A stretch of 64,000 nucleotides of DNA from a virus. Location of the stretch: the IMG/VR virus record IMGVR_UViG_3300020248_000002; one strand, written 5' to 3'. Of the stretch, positions 39,001 to 48,839 are shown in pieces. A model generated the notes under the pieces. That model worked only from the letters and a program-made list of their open reading frames with translations. It had not been told where the DNA came from and did not search any database. How positions within the stretch are numbered: position 1 is the stretch's first letter; each line of letters begins with the position of its first letter. The position numbers were made by a program, and so were the translations under genes.

Positions 39001-40485
39001 ATGAAGTTAGATAGAATCTGCATTATCGGAGGTGGTAGTGCAGGGTGGATGACAGCATCTATGTTGTCAAGACATTTTGAAGGAACTGGTATAGAAATAA
39101 CTGTTGTCGAAGCAGACATTCCAAGAATCGGAATCGGAGAAAGCACGACACAGTTTTTTAATACCTTTATACGGTATCTCGATCTCAAAGATGAAGATTG
39201 GATGCCACATTGTAATGCTACATATAAACACAGTGTCAAGTTTACTAACTTCAACCCAGACGGTTCATTTCATTATCCATTCGGTACAAGAGGCACAGAT
39301 ATACCTCTGACCGAGTATTATAATTGGAGGAGAGGAAGAAATATTGACAGTATGACCTTTTGTAGGGTATTCTCAGATGTTATAGACCCTATTGAAGTCA
39401 ACCGTCTTTATCCTCCATTTTTAGAAAGATACGTGGGTTATCACGTTGACGCACTATTATTCGGAGATTTTTTAAGAGATCATTATGCAATTCCAAAAGG
39501 TGTTAAACACATTAAAGGCACGGTCACTAACATTCAATCCTGCGTGGATGGGGTTAGCAGAGTTTACCTTGGCAGTGGGGATAGGTACGTTGATGGTGAT
39601 CTCTTCATAGATTGCACTGGATTCCGTGCATTATTGATGAATGAACTTAATGTGAAATGGGAAGATTGGAGTACACTATTAAAAAATGATTCTACTTGGG
39701 CAGTAAGAAAACCATATACAGATAAGAAAAAAGAAATACAACCATACACCGAGTGTACAGGTTTGAGTTCGGGATGGGTATGGAATGTACCTACTTGGGA
39801 TAGAATCGGAACGGGATATAATTATTGTTCACAATATATTACAGATGAAGATGCACTTGCAGAGTTTAAAGAGCATCTAGGAGTAGATATACCAGAGAAT
39901 ATGTTTAGATTACTCAAGTGGCCAACAGGGATTAGAGAGAAAGTATGGTCACATAACGTAGTGAGTATTGGTTTAAGTGCAGGTTTTATAGAACCATTAG
40001 AGTCTGGAGGACTATACTCAGTCCACGAGTTCTTATTTAAACTAATACAGGTGTTACCTAAAGCATCTAATAAATGGAACGGATTTCAACGAGAACAATT
40101 TAATCACTCAGTCAGAAAGAAATTTACATCATTCAGAGATTTTGTTGTGAAACATTATACTATGGGTTATAGAGATGATACACCGTTTTGGAAAGATTAC
40201 ACAGATATGGATGCACTAGGTGAGTTTCCAGATTTACTTACACAAGATTGGGAACAAATACAAAACATCAATTACATATCAGAAGGTGAAGCATACTTGC
40301 TAGGAGGTTATGAATATGATATAATGCCAGAACATTATGAAATGTTATCCAAAAGAAATGGATATAACATACCTGATTTTGAAGAACCGATCCTAAGAAG
40401 AACCTTTATGGATCAGACTTTGGGGAGATACCCGAACGCATATGAATACTATGAAAAGTACCTATATAATGAGCAAGGGAATTAA
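39001..40485 (+). CDS. flavin-dependent halogenase (tryptophan halogenase family)
   Basis: GGGSAG, IGIGEST, ATYK (catalytic Lys position), FIDCTGF, WVWNVP, FIEPLESGG. Confidence 0.92.
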   Translation: MKLDRICIIGGGSAGWMTASMLSRHFEGTGIEITVVEADIPRIGIGESTTQFFNTFIRYLDLKDEDWMPHCNATYKHSVKFTNFNPDGSFHYPFGTRGTDIPLTEYYNWRRGRNIDSMTFCRVFSDVIDPIEVNRLYPPFLERYVGYHVDALLFGDFLRDHYAIPKGVKHIKGTVTNIQSCVDGVSRVYLGSGDRYVDGDLFIDCTGFRALLMNELNVKWEDWSTLLKNDSTWAVRKPYTDKKKEIQPYTECTGLSSGWVWNVPTWDRIGTGYNYCSQYITDEDALAEFKEHLGVDIPENMFRLLKWPTGIREKVWSHNVVSIGLSAGFIEPLESGGLYSVHEFLFKLIQVLPKASNKWNGFQREQFNHSVRKKFTSFRDFVVKHYTMGYRDDTPFWKDYTDMDALGEFPDLLTQDWEQIQNINYISEGEAYLLGGYEYDIMPEHYEMLSKRNGYNIPDFEEPILRRTFMDQTLGRYPNAYEYYEKYLYNEQGN

Positions 40486-40487
40486 TT

Positions 40488-42128
40488 ATGAAAGTTGAAA
40501 ACATTGTTATTGTGGGTGGTGGTTCATCAGGTTGGATGACTGCTGCTGCATTGTTAAAGTGCTGCCCGTGGACAAATGTAATTCTAATTGAATCAGACAA
40601 ACCTACAGTGGGTGTAGGAGAATCTACATTAGGTCATTTCAACAAGTATTTAAGAGCATTAGACTTAGAAGATAAAGACTGGATGCCTAAGTGTAATGCA
40701 ACATATAAGAATAGTATTCAGTTTACAGATTTTAGAGAGAAAGGAACAGTATTTCAATATCCATTTGGTAAATATGATTATAATGATACTGTAGAAGGTA
40801 TGAAAGATTGGTTTGATCTTGCTAGAGAAAGACCAGAAGAATATCCTCCAGAATCATTTGCAGAGTTCTTTAACAAAGAAAACTCAGCATTAGTAAAACA
40901 TAATAAACAATGGGATAATAGAGATAATAGATGGAGAAACTTTAATTGGTTAACTGACGTTGCATATCATTTAGATGCTGAAAAGTTTGCAGAGTATCTA
41001 AGGGATGATTATTGTGATAACTTTGATGATAGATTTACACATATTAGAGGTGAAGTCAGGGGATCGGTGAAAGATATAAACGCAGGTGGTTCACCCGCAG
41101 TCTCAAACAGATATATTAAACAGTTAGCAGTCAGATTAAATGAAGATAAAAGGACTGTAGGTGTTATTGGCGACTTGTTTATTGACTGTACTGGTTTTAA
41201 ATCAGTCCTATTAGAAGAGTATATGGGTACTAGGTTCATTAAATTTAATGATTTAGCAAACGATAAAGCATATTTTGCCCGCATACCATATCTCACACAA
41301 GATGAAAGAGAAAAACATATGCACAACGTGACTGACTGTCAAGCAGCGGAAAATGGTTGGTTATGGTCAATACCACTATGGAATAGGATCGGAGTTGGAT
41401 ACTGTTGGTCATCTCGATTTGCAATGGAAACAGAGACTAGACAAGAGTTTGAAACGTGGATAGAACAAAAATATGGTGTATCTCCAGAACAGTATGAGGT
41501 AGGAACTATTGATATAAAACACGGGTATCACGAAAAAGCGTGGAACTTGAATGTTGTTGCTATTGGACTGTCTTATGGATTTGTTGAACCATTAGAGTCA
41601 ACGGGACTGTTAACAACACACGAAAATATACTCAGACTGGTAGATGTATTATCAAGAAGAAGAGGATATGTAACACAAATAGAAAGAAACTGGTATAACT
41701 ACGCTGCACAGAGAGAAGTAATTGGATTTAGTAAGTTTGTTGCTATGCACTATGCTCTGTCACAAAGAACAGACAACCCTTATTGGAGGTGGTGTTCACA
41801 AAGAAACGAGTATATGACAGAGCAGTTTGATGGTTTGGTAAGAGTTAATGATAACTATGAAAGACTTGGATCATCATTAGACCTAGATCAAACTATGGAT
41901 GTGAATATGAATGGTATGAATTACATAGCAGCAGGTCAAGGAATGATGTTAGGTCGAGATTGGTATTTTGACCGTGATCCAGATGAACTTACATTTGTTG
42001 CAAACAGTCATTCAAAATACTCAAAAGAAGTCAATGACTTTGTTGAAAGTGATGACTGCCCTACACATTATGAATACTTAAGAGACTACATCTATGGAGG
42101 GGATGAATTACGTGCTGAACTTATTTAA
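40488..42128 (+). CDS. flavin-dependent halogenase, second paralogue
   Basis: GGGSSG, VGVGEST, ATYK, FIDCTGF, WLWSIP, FVEPLESTG. Confidence 0.92.
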   Translation: MKVENIVIVGGGSSGWMTAAALLKCCPWTNVILIESDKPTVGVGESTLGHFNKYLRALDLEDKDWMPKCNATYKNSIQFTDFREKGTVFQYPFGKYDYNDTVEGMKDWFDLARERPEEYPPESFAEFFNKENSALVKHNKQWDNRDNRWRNFNWLTDVAYHLDAEKFAEYLRDDYCDNFDDRFTHIRGEVRGSVKDINAGGSPAVSNRYIKQLAVRLNEDKRTVGVIGDLFIDCTGFKSVLLEEYMGTRFIKFNDLANDKAYFARIPYLTQDEREKHMHNVTDCQAAENGWLWSIPLWNRIGVGYCWSSRFAMETETRQEFETWIEQKYGVSPEQYEVGTIDIKHGYHEKAWNLNVVAIGLSYGFVEPLESTGLLTTHENILRLVDVLSRRRGYVTQIERNWYNYAAQREVIGFSKFVAMHYALSQRTDNPYWRWCSQRNEYMTEQFDGLVRVNDNYERLGSSLDLDQTMDVNMNGMNYIAAGQGMMLGRDWYFDRDPDELTFVANSHSKYSKEVNDFVESDDCPTHYEYLRDYIYGGDELRAELI

Positions 42129-42903
42129 AAAGAAAAAGAAAGAACCAAAACCTTGGGTTAGGTTTCACAGTTTGGAGCCTGGATTGGCAGAATGTTATCC
42201 AGTCAAACCAACGTCTAGTATAAAACGTGCGTGGCAAGAAAAAGAAGTAAAGGAAAAGCAATGCCCTTTTCAAGGATCACAGAATAGTTCAAACTGCCCT
42301 GGTATCAAGCAAATTGCGAGAATGGGATGGGTAGTTGTTGCACCTATGGATTTTATTATTATCACAAATGGTGACGGTGCATCTTTTACTTGGGAAACCC
42401 CTGGCAGATTCTCAAGGCACACTAATTACATTAGTAATCACGCACCAGAACAGGTTATTCCATTAATTGACAGTCCACGTGACACATTAGCACACATAAT
42501 TAAGGTGGAAACACCTTGGCGACTGACATCTAGTGATGATGTTGTTCTATTACAACAACACGTTCATTGGAATAATGAAGATCGTTTTACTGCTGTAACT
42601 GGGATCTTTGATCCTAGATATGCTATGCAAGTAAACGTGCAACTACAATGGCACGTTATGGATAGTGGCACAGATGGAACACTTGTAAAAGCAGGTACTC
42701 CATTAGCACAATATATACCTATACCACGTATTTACTTAGAGAAAGGGTGGTATGATATGACAGTCAATAATGCGACTGACAAAGATTGGGATTTAGAACA
42801 CGCTTTTAACTACTCAATCAATGCCGAGTATATGATACACGACAATGTTCAAGGTCGTATATCTAGGGCAATGAAGGCAATTAATTACCACAAAAACAAA
42901 TGA
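42103..42903 (+). CDS. hypothetical protein (DUF6065-like, possibly dUTPase-like fold)
   Basis: CPG......GWVV.AP.D, K.ETPW, VKAGTPLAQYIP. Confidence 0.5.
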   Translation: MNYVLNLFKKKKKEPKPWVRFHSLEPGLAECYPVKPTSSIKRAWQEKEVKEKQCPFQGSQNSSNCPGIKQIARMGWVVVAPMDFIIITNGDGASFTWETPGRFSRHTNYISNHAPEQVIPLIDSPRDTLAHIIKVETPWRLTSSDDVVLLQQHVHWNNEDRFTAVTGIFDPRYAMQVNVQLQWHVMDSGTDGTLVKAGTPLAQYIPIPRIYLEKGWYDMTVNNATDKDWDLEHAFNYSINAEYMIHDNVQGRISRAMKAINYHKNK

Positions 42904-43205
42904 CTATTGACGAACTAATCCAAAATTTCTATCTACAACAGAAACAGGTAGATTTAGAAATTGAAAACTATGACAAAGAGTTTGCTGACAAAAAATTAAA
43001 CCCATACGGTGTTACAACCATTGAGTTTGAAAAACGATCTGAAGCAATTAAGAAAAGATCACAATTAGAAGGTGCTATAGATGCCCTAATGATTTGTAAA
43101 CGTGATGTTCTTGGTGATGACAGTGAAGTTTCTATTCCAAACAACCTTGAGGTTGAAGGTGGTGGAAATGAAGAAATGGAGATTATAGGTGGATCATCAT
43201 CTTGA
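42900..43205 (+). CDS. coiled-coil hypothetical protein
   Basis: Coupled ORF; QLEGAIDAL. Confidence 0.55.
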   Translation: MTIDELIQNFYLQQKQVDLEIENYDKEFADKKLNPYGVTTIEFEKRSEAIKKRSQLEGAIDALMICKRDVLGDDSEVSIPNNLEVEGGGNEEMEIIGGSSS

Positions 43206-43788
43206 ACCATTAGATGAGGTTCATTGGTTATGGAAACTCAAATACGAGTTTGCATACGAAGGAGAGTCTCTACAAGAACATATCGGTAAACTGATAGATC
43301 ATACTGTACAGAACTATGGAACTGGATCAGCATTAGAAACTGGTGCATCATTTTCTACAGTATATAATCAGGAACATTCTCCACATAATTGGGAAGTGTT
43401 AGAGGATTTGTTCGTATTTCTACAACCAAAGTTACAAGAGATATGGACACATTGGGGATATAGTAACAAAATAACAAAACCCGTTCGTTCTTGGGTAAAC
43501 GTACATAAAAAAACGGGAAAAACTATGGAACATTATCATAATCAATGCCCTATGGTTGTTAGTTGTTATTTAAAAGCACCAAAGAAAAGTGGAAACTTTG
43601 AATACCGAGATCCATTGGAATACCATAGATGGGGTAGTCCAGGGGAACCTCAAATTTCATTATGGAGAGAAGTTGAAGTAGAAACAAATGATATAATAGT
43701 ATTTCCAGGGTGGTTAAAACATAGAACACAGGTAAACCAAACTGATGAAGATAGAGTTTGTTTAACTATTAATTATGATTGCGATTAA
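43189..43788 (+). CDS. 2OG-Fe(II) oxygenase-like protein (TIGR02466 type)
   Basis: SWVN, HYH, FPGWLKH, RVCLTIN. Confidence 0.8.
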   Translation: MDHHLEPLDEVHWLWKLKYEFAYEGESLQEHIGKLIDHTVQNYGTGSALETGASFSTVYNQEHSPHNWEVLEDLFVFLQPKLQEIWTHWGYSNKITKPVRSWVNVHKKTGKTMEHYHNQCPMVVSCYLKAPKKSGNFEYRDPLEYHRWGSPGEPQISLWREVEVETNDIIVFPGWLKHRTQVNQTDEDRVCLTINYDCD

Positions 43789-44311
43789 AGATGACATAAT
43801 ACCTGAGTTATATCAGGACAGAATTTACAGTATGATGACTAACACGGTGTTTCCGTGGACATTTTTAGAAGATGTCACATACAGAGAGAATGATGTAGCA
43901 AAAAATATAAACGCAAACGCAACAGGAACTACTGGATTTGCACATTTATTTTATGATAGACAAAGTGAACACGAGTCACGTTATTGGGATTTCTTATTTC
44001 CATTGTTTCTAACTATTGTAGATAATCCAAACTTTGAATTATTAAGAGCAAAGGGTGGATTACTATTAAATACAAATACAGGTTACAATCACGCACATAT
44101 AGATGCGGAGATACCACACACAACCACATTATATTATGTGAATGATAGTGATGGTGACACCTATTTTTTTGATGGTGATGGATCGGTGATCCAAACGGTG
44201 AAACCTAAAAAAGGTAGGATCGTAACTTTTAATGGGTTAACATATCACTCATCTAGTTGCCCTAAAGAAAACTCACACAGATTAGTTTTAAATTTTAATT
44301 ATGTCATATAA
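43775..44311 (+). CDS. 2OG-Fe(II) oxygenase
   Basis: FPW, HID, LYYVNDSDGDT, PKKGR..F.G..YHSS, RLVLNFN. Confidence 0.82.
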   Translation: MIAIKDDIIPELYQDRIYSMMTNTVFPWTFLEDVTYRENDVAKNINANATGTTGFAHLFYDRQSEHESRYWDFLFPLFLTIVDNPNFELLRAKGGLLLNTNTGYNHAHIDAEIPHTTTLYYVNDSDGDTYFFDGDGSVIQTVKPKKGRIVTFNGLTYHSSSCPKENSHRLVLNFNYVI

Positions 44312-44930
44312 TTATCCCACAGTAGTTATAGATGATTTCTTTGAGACACCCACACTCGTAAGAGAATGGGCATTGGGATTGGATTATTTACCTGCTGCGA
44401 AACATCCGTCAGGTGGTTATTGGTCAGGTGTGAGAGCAACTCCATTACTACACGAAAATGATTATCGTTTTCATCAGAAATTAGCACAAAAATTAATTCA
44501 GTATATACCACACGCAACATACTTTGAGAAATTAGATGCAACTTTTCACGTATGCACAGATGATTATGAATCGGGATGGATTCATAGGGATGATGATGAT
44601 TATGGTATTGGTGGTTTGATTTATTTAAACGAGACAAATCCACAAAATTGTGGTACAATATTATATGATGTACCCAGTAATGACGATAGCATCAATTATG
44701 AAAAAGAGTTCAAATCAAATGTAACTACAGATGATATTGAACTAAGAAAACGACTGAATAAAATGAGATTGGACTGTAATAAACATTTCACTCCCAATAC
44801 ATCAGTCGAAGCACGTTTTAATCGCTGCATCATATTTGATGGTAGAAAATACCACTCAGGCGGTGATTATTTTGGAAATGACATCACCACAGGTCGATTA
44901 ACCCTAGTATTTTTTGGTAAAGTATTATGA
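44301..44930 (+). CDS. 2OG-Fe(II) oxygenase (DUF6445-like)
   Basis: VIDDFF..P..VR..AL, IHRD, IYLN, FNR.IIFDG..YH, RLT.VFF. Confidence 0.8.
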   Translation: MSYNYPTVVIDDFFETPTLVREWALGLDYLPAAKHPSGGYWSGVRATPLLHENDYRFHQKLAQKLIQYIPHATYFEKLDATFHVCTDDYESGWIHRDDDDYGIGGLIYLNETNPQNCGTILYDVPSNDDSINYEKEFKSNVTTDDIELRKRLNKMRLDCNKHFTPNTSVEARFNRCIIFDGRKYHSGGDYFGNDITTGRLTLVFFGKVL

Positions 44931-45658
44931 GAACAATTAATCACGAAGGAGTAGCAGTTGAGGTTCTTGTAGAAGATCGTCTATTTGTTGCCCGCAGTGC
45001 AGTTCCAAAAGAGTTATGTGAACACACAGCACTCGAATATCATATGATAAAGGATGTTGTTCAATATCAATACCCAGATATGCCTATGGGCGACCCTACT
45101 ATGCCTGGGGCATTTAGTATGTACTGCCCTGTATGTTTTGAAGCATTAGGACAATACCATAAACCATTTGTTGAATCATTAATTGAAAAAGAATTATGGC
45201 AAACATTTAGTTATGGTAGGTTGTATGTAAAAAACACAGAGTGCTATCAGCATAGAGATCGTAGTTCGGGAGAATGGGTGGGAAACATTTGTGTAACAGC
45301 AGACCCACAATATAAATGGTCATTCTTTATAGATGTCAAAGGTGAGAAACACGAATTATTTTTGGAAACAGGTGATTCGGTAATTTTCAAAGGACACGAA
45401 GATTTGCATTGGCGACCAAACTACGAAGGAAACAAAGAACAAATACAATGTTTCGTTTCTTATGTTGATAAGAACGGACAATACGCTGATCGAAAATGGG
45501 ATGGCAGACCAATGCTTGCAGCACCTTGGGAAGCAGCGAGTGATTTAGTAAGAAATGAACAATCACAACAAAACCATAATCCTTATTACGGTAAATGTGA
45601 AAACAATACTGGAGAAGGTTATGACGAAGATGATGAAGCATTTGAAGAATTATTATGA
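44927..45658 (+). CDS. 2OG-Fe(II) oxygenase-like protein
   Basis: SYGRLY, HRDR.S.E, GD.VIFKG....HWR, Q.F..YVD. Confidence 0.75.
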   Translation: MRTINHEGVAVEVLVEDRLFVARSAVPKELCEHTALEYHMIKDVVQYQYPDMPMGDPTMPGAFSMYCPVCFEALGQYHKPFVESLIEKELWQTFSYGRLYVKNTECYQHRDRSSGEWVGNICVTADPQYKWSFFIDVKGEKHELFLETGDSVIFKGHEDLHWRPNYEGNKEQIQCFVSYVDKNGQYADRKWDGRPMLAAPWEAASDLVRNEQSQQNHNPYYGKCENNTGEGYDEDDEAFEELL

Positions 45659-45798
45659 ACCATTACAACTTTGACCCTAATATTACATTTCCAATATCAA
45701 TAGCAGTAATCACAATACTGTTAGCAGGTTATGGAATTTATAAGGGATTTTTTGCAAATCAAAATTTAACAGACCCTTGGGATGACCACGATGACTAA
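45655..45798 (+). CDS. psbN: PsbN-like protein (47 aa; absent from ORF track)
   Basis: ISIAVITILLAGYGIYKGFFANQNLTDPWDDHDD matches the PsbN pattern TM-GY.IY..F....L.DP(F/W)..H(E/D)D. Confidence 0.8.
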   Translation: MNHYNFDPNITFPISIAVITILLAGYGIYKGFFANQNLTDPWDDHDD

Positions 45799-45874
45799 TT
45801 ACGGACTAGAAATAGTGTTTTGGGTAACACTAGGATTATTTCTCATTATTCAATGGGAGAAAGTTAAAAAATGA
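45791..45874 (+). CDS. 27-aa single-TM peptide
   Basis: MTNYGLEIVFWVTLGLFLIIQWEKVKK; overlaps both neighbours. Confidence 0.45.
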   Translation: MTNYGLEIVFWVTLGLFLIIQWEKVKK

Positions 45875-46107
45875 ATGAAGTCACAGTATTTGTTTACTTG
45901 TGTTTCTTTGTTGCACTATTCGGAATGACCTTTGCATTTATGTTTAAAATGATGACAGCAACATTAAGGGAAATGGATAGATCACCTGTCAACAGTTATG
46001 GTGATGCTATGAAACCGTACAAAACCACACACCCAGAAATGGATGAGGTGAAAAACGGTGATGAGTTGTTAGTTTTTAAAATAGAAGATGAGGAGGAAGA
46101 TGATTAG
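45871..46107 (+). CDS. DUF2973-like membrane protein
   Basis: N-terminal TM segment, HPEM......ELLVF. Confidence 0.6.
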   Translation: MNEVTVFVYLCFFVALFGMTFAFMFKMMTATLREMDRSPVNSYGDAMKPYKTTHPEMDEVKNGDELLVFKIEDEEEDD

Positions 46108-46735
46108 TCCTGCATTTCCAAAAATTCCTGATTATATAATTGTTGATGATCTCATATCTGAAACATATCAAGAATGGTTAATCTCTTTAATTAAAGATGA
46201 GAACTTGATGTGGCACAGAAAAGACTCAGCAATTATGGATGCAAATTCGGAAGATCGCAGAAATGGGTTCTGTAATTTTCATTATATGTATGAGTGTGAT
46301 AAAGGTGGAAATGTATCTCCTTTGTGTAACGCATTTGTTCCTATGTCACTCAACATTATGGACAAAATCGGTGCATTTAATTTAATGAGAATGAGAATTA
46401 ATTGTGTACCCGCTATGTATGAAAACGTGACACAGTTACCACACATTGACTCATACGTTCCAGACAGTTGGAACGTAATATATTATATGGATGACTCAGA
46501 TGGAGACACAGTTATCTACAACGAAAGAACCCTAAATGATTATGACTATAACAAATATCTGAAAGAAGATAACTTCACAGAAAAGGTTAGAGTCACACCC
46601 AAAAAGGGTAGAGCAGTTGCCTTTAAAGGCGACCTATTCCACGCTTCTACGACCCCCAGTAAGACGTGGCGACCAGTTGTTAACATAAACATATCCCTAA
46701 ACCCTATTACACAAAATCCGTATAGTAATGCGTAA
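46100..46735 (+). CDS. 2OG-Fe(II) oxygenase
   Basis: PHID, IYYMDDSDGDT, PKKGR...F.G..FHAS, RPVVNIN; paralogue of 43775. Confidence 0.82.
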   Translation: MISPAFPKIPDYIIVDDLISETYQEWLISLIKDENLMWHRKDSAIMDANSEDRRNGFCNFHYMYECDKGGNVSPLCNAFVPMSLNIMDKIGAFNLMRMRINCVPAMYENVTQLPHIDSYVPDSWNVIYYMDDSDGDTVIYNERTLNDYDYNKYLKEDNFTEKVRVTPKKGRAVAFKGDLFHASTTPSKTWRPVVNINISLNPITQNPYSNA

Positions 46736-47438
46736 CTACGAACCTAATTTAATTGACTCAGGAGAGGATTGGGTAGTCTGTAAATCAGAAGTTGTATCCA
46801 ATGAATCAGAGGAAATGAAAGTACAACTTGGTAGAGCATATCGTCTATTCAAGAATACTTTTACAGGGTGTGACTCGTCATTAAAAAATGATGGACTAAC
46901 ACTTGATGCACTACCAGATTTATTTTCTCAGGTAGATGCACGACAAGAAGATATGGAACAACTAAAAAATATGAAATCGGGAGACTTAAGTGGATATAGA
47001 TTTTATAATGTATTTAATTTAACTTCTCCTAGTCCTCTGTTTTATCATCTATTAAAAGAAATTAGTGCAATCGTAAGGAAACATTTAGGTAACTTTGGTG
47101 TTAATCCTGATGACCCATTGTGGATGCAATGTTGGATGAATTTTCATAAACCAGATCAAGTGTTAGATTGGCACGATCATCATTTTCCGTGGCACGGATA
47201 TATTAGTATCGACCCAAAAGACTCAATAACAAAATTCAAAGAGCATTTACCAGTAGGAACATACGAGTATAATATAATCAATAAAATTGGGAATATCTAC
47301 TTGGGGCCTGGTTTTTCGAGGATGCACAAAGTCGTAGTTAATAACGATTATGAAGGCGATAGGATTACTTTAGGGTTCGATATTATAACTCAATCAACAC
47401 TACCTGACGATCAATTCTCTCTCATTCCATTATTATGA
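46728..47438 (+). CDS. 2OG-Fe(II) oxygenase-like protein
   Basis: QCWMN, WHDH, HGYISIDP, MHKV, RITLGFD. Confidence 0.7.
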   Translation: MRNYEPNLIDSGEDWVVCKSEVVSNESEEMKVQLGRAYRLFKNTFTGCDSSLKNDGLTLDALPDLFSQVDARQEDMEQLKNMKSGDLSGYRFYNVFNLTSPSPLFYHLLKEISAIVRKHLGNFGVNPDDPLWMQCWMNFHKPDQVLDWHDHHFPWHGYISIDPKDSITKFKEHLPVGTYEYNIINKIGNIYLGPGFSRMHKVVVNNDYEGDRITLGFDIITQSTLPDDQFSLIPLL

Positions 47439-48067
47439 ACTTATCAGACTCACTAGAAAATGTAGCAGACACAAATGTGTATGGTGTCTTTATGCAACCA
47501 GTAGGAAAGTATAAAGTAAAGAATCACGCAAAATTCAAAACTATCATTATGCAATATATTGCTGAATTAGATGGTTCTAAATTAGAAAATAAGCACCCTA
47601 CTATATCTGTTAATGTCTCACAATTAGGAGATCATCAAATCCTTGAACTACCAGAATTTAGAGAATTAAAAAACGAGATCAAGAACGCAGTTAATGAGGT
47701 AAACAAACAGGCATTTTGCTATGAACTAACTGATGGCACACACTTTGCTGACAGTTATTTGGAATTAGGACAACAGGGTGCGTTATATGCCCCACACGAA
47801 CATAGTAATTGCATCTACTCAGGAACTTATTACGTTAACTTTGATAGAGAAAGGCATACTATGATGAAATTTAGGAGAAATATAATTTCATCACATTATC
47901 CTATACTTCAAGTTGGTACAACACAAATGAACGCATTTAATCAATTAGACTGTACAGTACCGTATGATGAAGGTGATATTATAATTCACCCCCCTAACTT
48001 ACAACACGGATATGAAGGGTCAGGACACGCTAACAGAATTACATTAACTTTTAATGTTGCCCCTTGA
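47435..48067 (+). CDS. 2OG-Fe(II) oxygenase-like protein (TIGR02466 type)
   Basis: PHEHSN, SGTYY, EGD.II.P..LQH, RITLTFN. Confidence 0.78.
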   Translation: MNLSDSLENVADTNVYGVFMQPVGKYKVKNHAKFKTIIMQYIAELDGSKLENKHPTISVNVSQLGDHQILELPEFRELKNEIKNAVNEVNKQAFCYELTDGTHFADSYLELGQQGALYAPHEHSNCIYSGTYYVNFDRERHTMMKFRRNIISSHYPILQVGTTQMNAFNQLDCTVPYDEGDIIIHPPNLQHGYEGSGHANRITLTFNVAP

Positions 48068-48100
48068 CGACATTAAATAGACGCTATAATACATAGTATT

Positions 48101-48322
48101 ATGAACAGCGAAACTAAAATGGTGGGTAAGTCTCGCATTTTAGATGATAGACAAAAATCTATTATCAAAAAAGCAATCGCACTCTATATGGGCGACTTAT
48201 ACAGAAAAAACTCAAGGCACTCTATTGATGATGAACGATTAAAAGTCGATTTGTCAGTAGTAGATGAAATTTGTGAATTACTACATTTGAAATATGAACA
48301 GAGTTCAATTCCAGAGTGTTGA
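48101..48322 (+). CDS. hypothetical protein
   Basis: ORF after the TTGACG...TAAATA...TATAAT region 48064-48090. Confidence 0.5.
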   Translation: MNSETKMVGKSRILDDRQKSIIKKAIALYMGDLYRKNSRHSIDDERLKVDLSVVDEICELLHLKYEQSSIPEC

Positions 48323-48839
48323 TCTATTACCTGTATTTGGTAAACCGATCTATATTCAACATTGTGAGTCTCAACAAGGCACAAAGCAACACGCAGATGC
48401 ACTTTTAGTCAGTAGTGACACAGGTAAAAGTGTGAATAATGATGTTGCAACTAAACAAGTTGCGTGGAAAACATTAATTTATTCACAATTAGAATCTATG
48501 TCAGGTCTAATTGGATTGGAAACGGAACTTAAATTACAAGAGTCCTATGTAAATAGATTGAAACAAGGACAATCGTTGCACTTACTACCAAAAAATGATA
48601 GAATATTAACTGGAGTTTGGTTTATTGAAGAACCTAAAACACAAATGGTCTGGACAGATAATTCAGAGCAATGGTTTGCAGGTTTGGATTTAAAATTTGG
48701 TAATGAAAATCTAGTAAATTCAAATGAATTTCAATTCACACCAACTGAAGGAAACTTTTGTTTATATCCTAGTTCAATGACTCTCAGTATTGGACATACA
48801 GGAAATAACGTGAGTATTCTTGAGTTCTACCTTAAATGA
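48294..48839 (+). CDS. degenerate TIGR02466-like oxygenase-fold protein
   Basis: VFGKPI, SYVN, TGVWF, P.EG...LYPS retained; HxH and distal His absent. Confidence 0.55.
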   Translation: MNRVQFQSVDLLPVFGKPIYIQHCESQQGTKQHADALLVSSDTGKSVNNDVATKQVAWKTLIYSQLESMSGLIGLETELKLQESYVNRLKQGQSLHLLPKNDRILTGVWFIEEPKTQMVWTDNSEQWFAGLDLKFGNENLVNSNEFQFTPTEGNFCLYPSSMTLSIGHTGNNVSILEFYLK

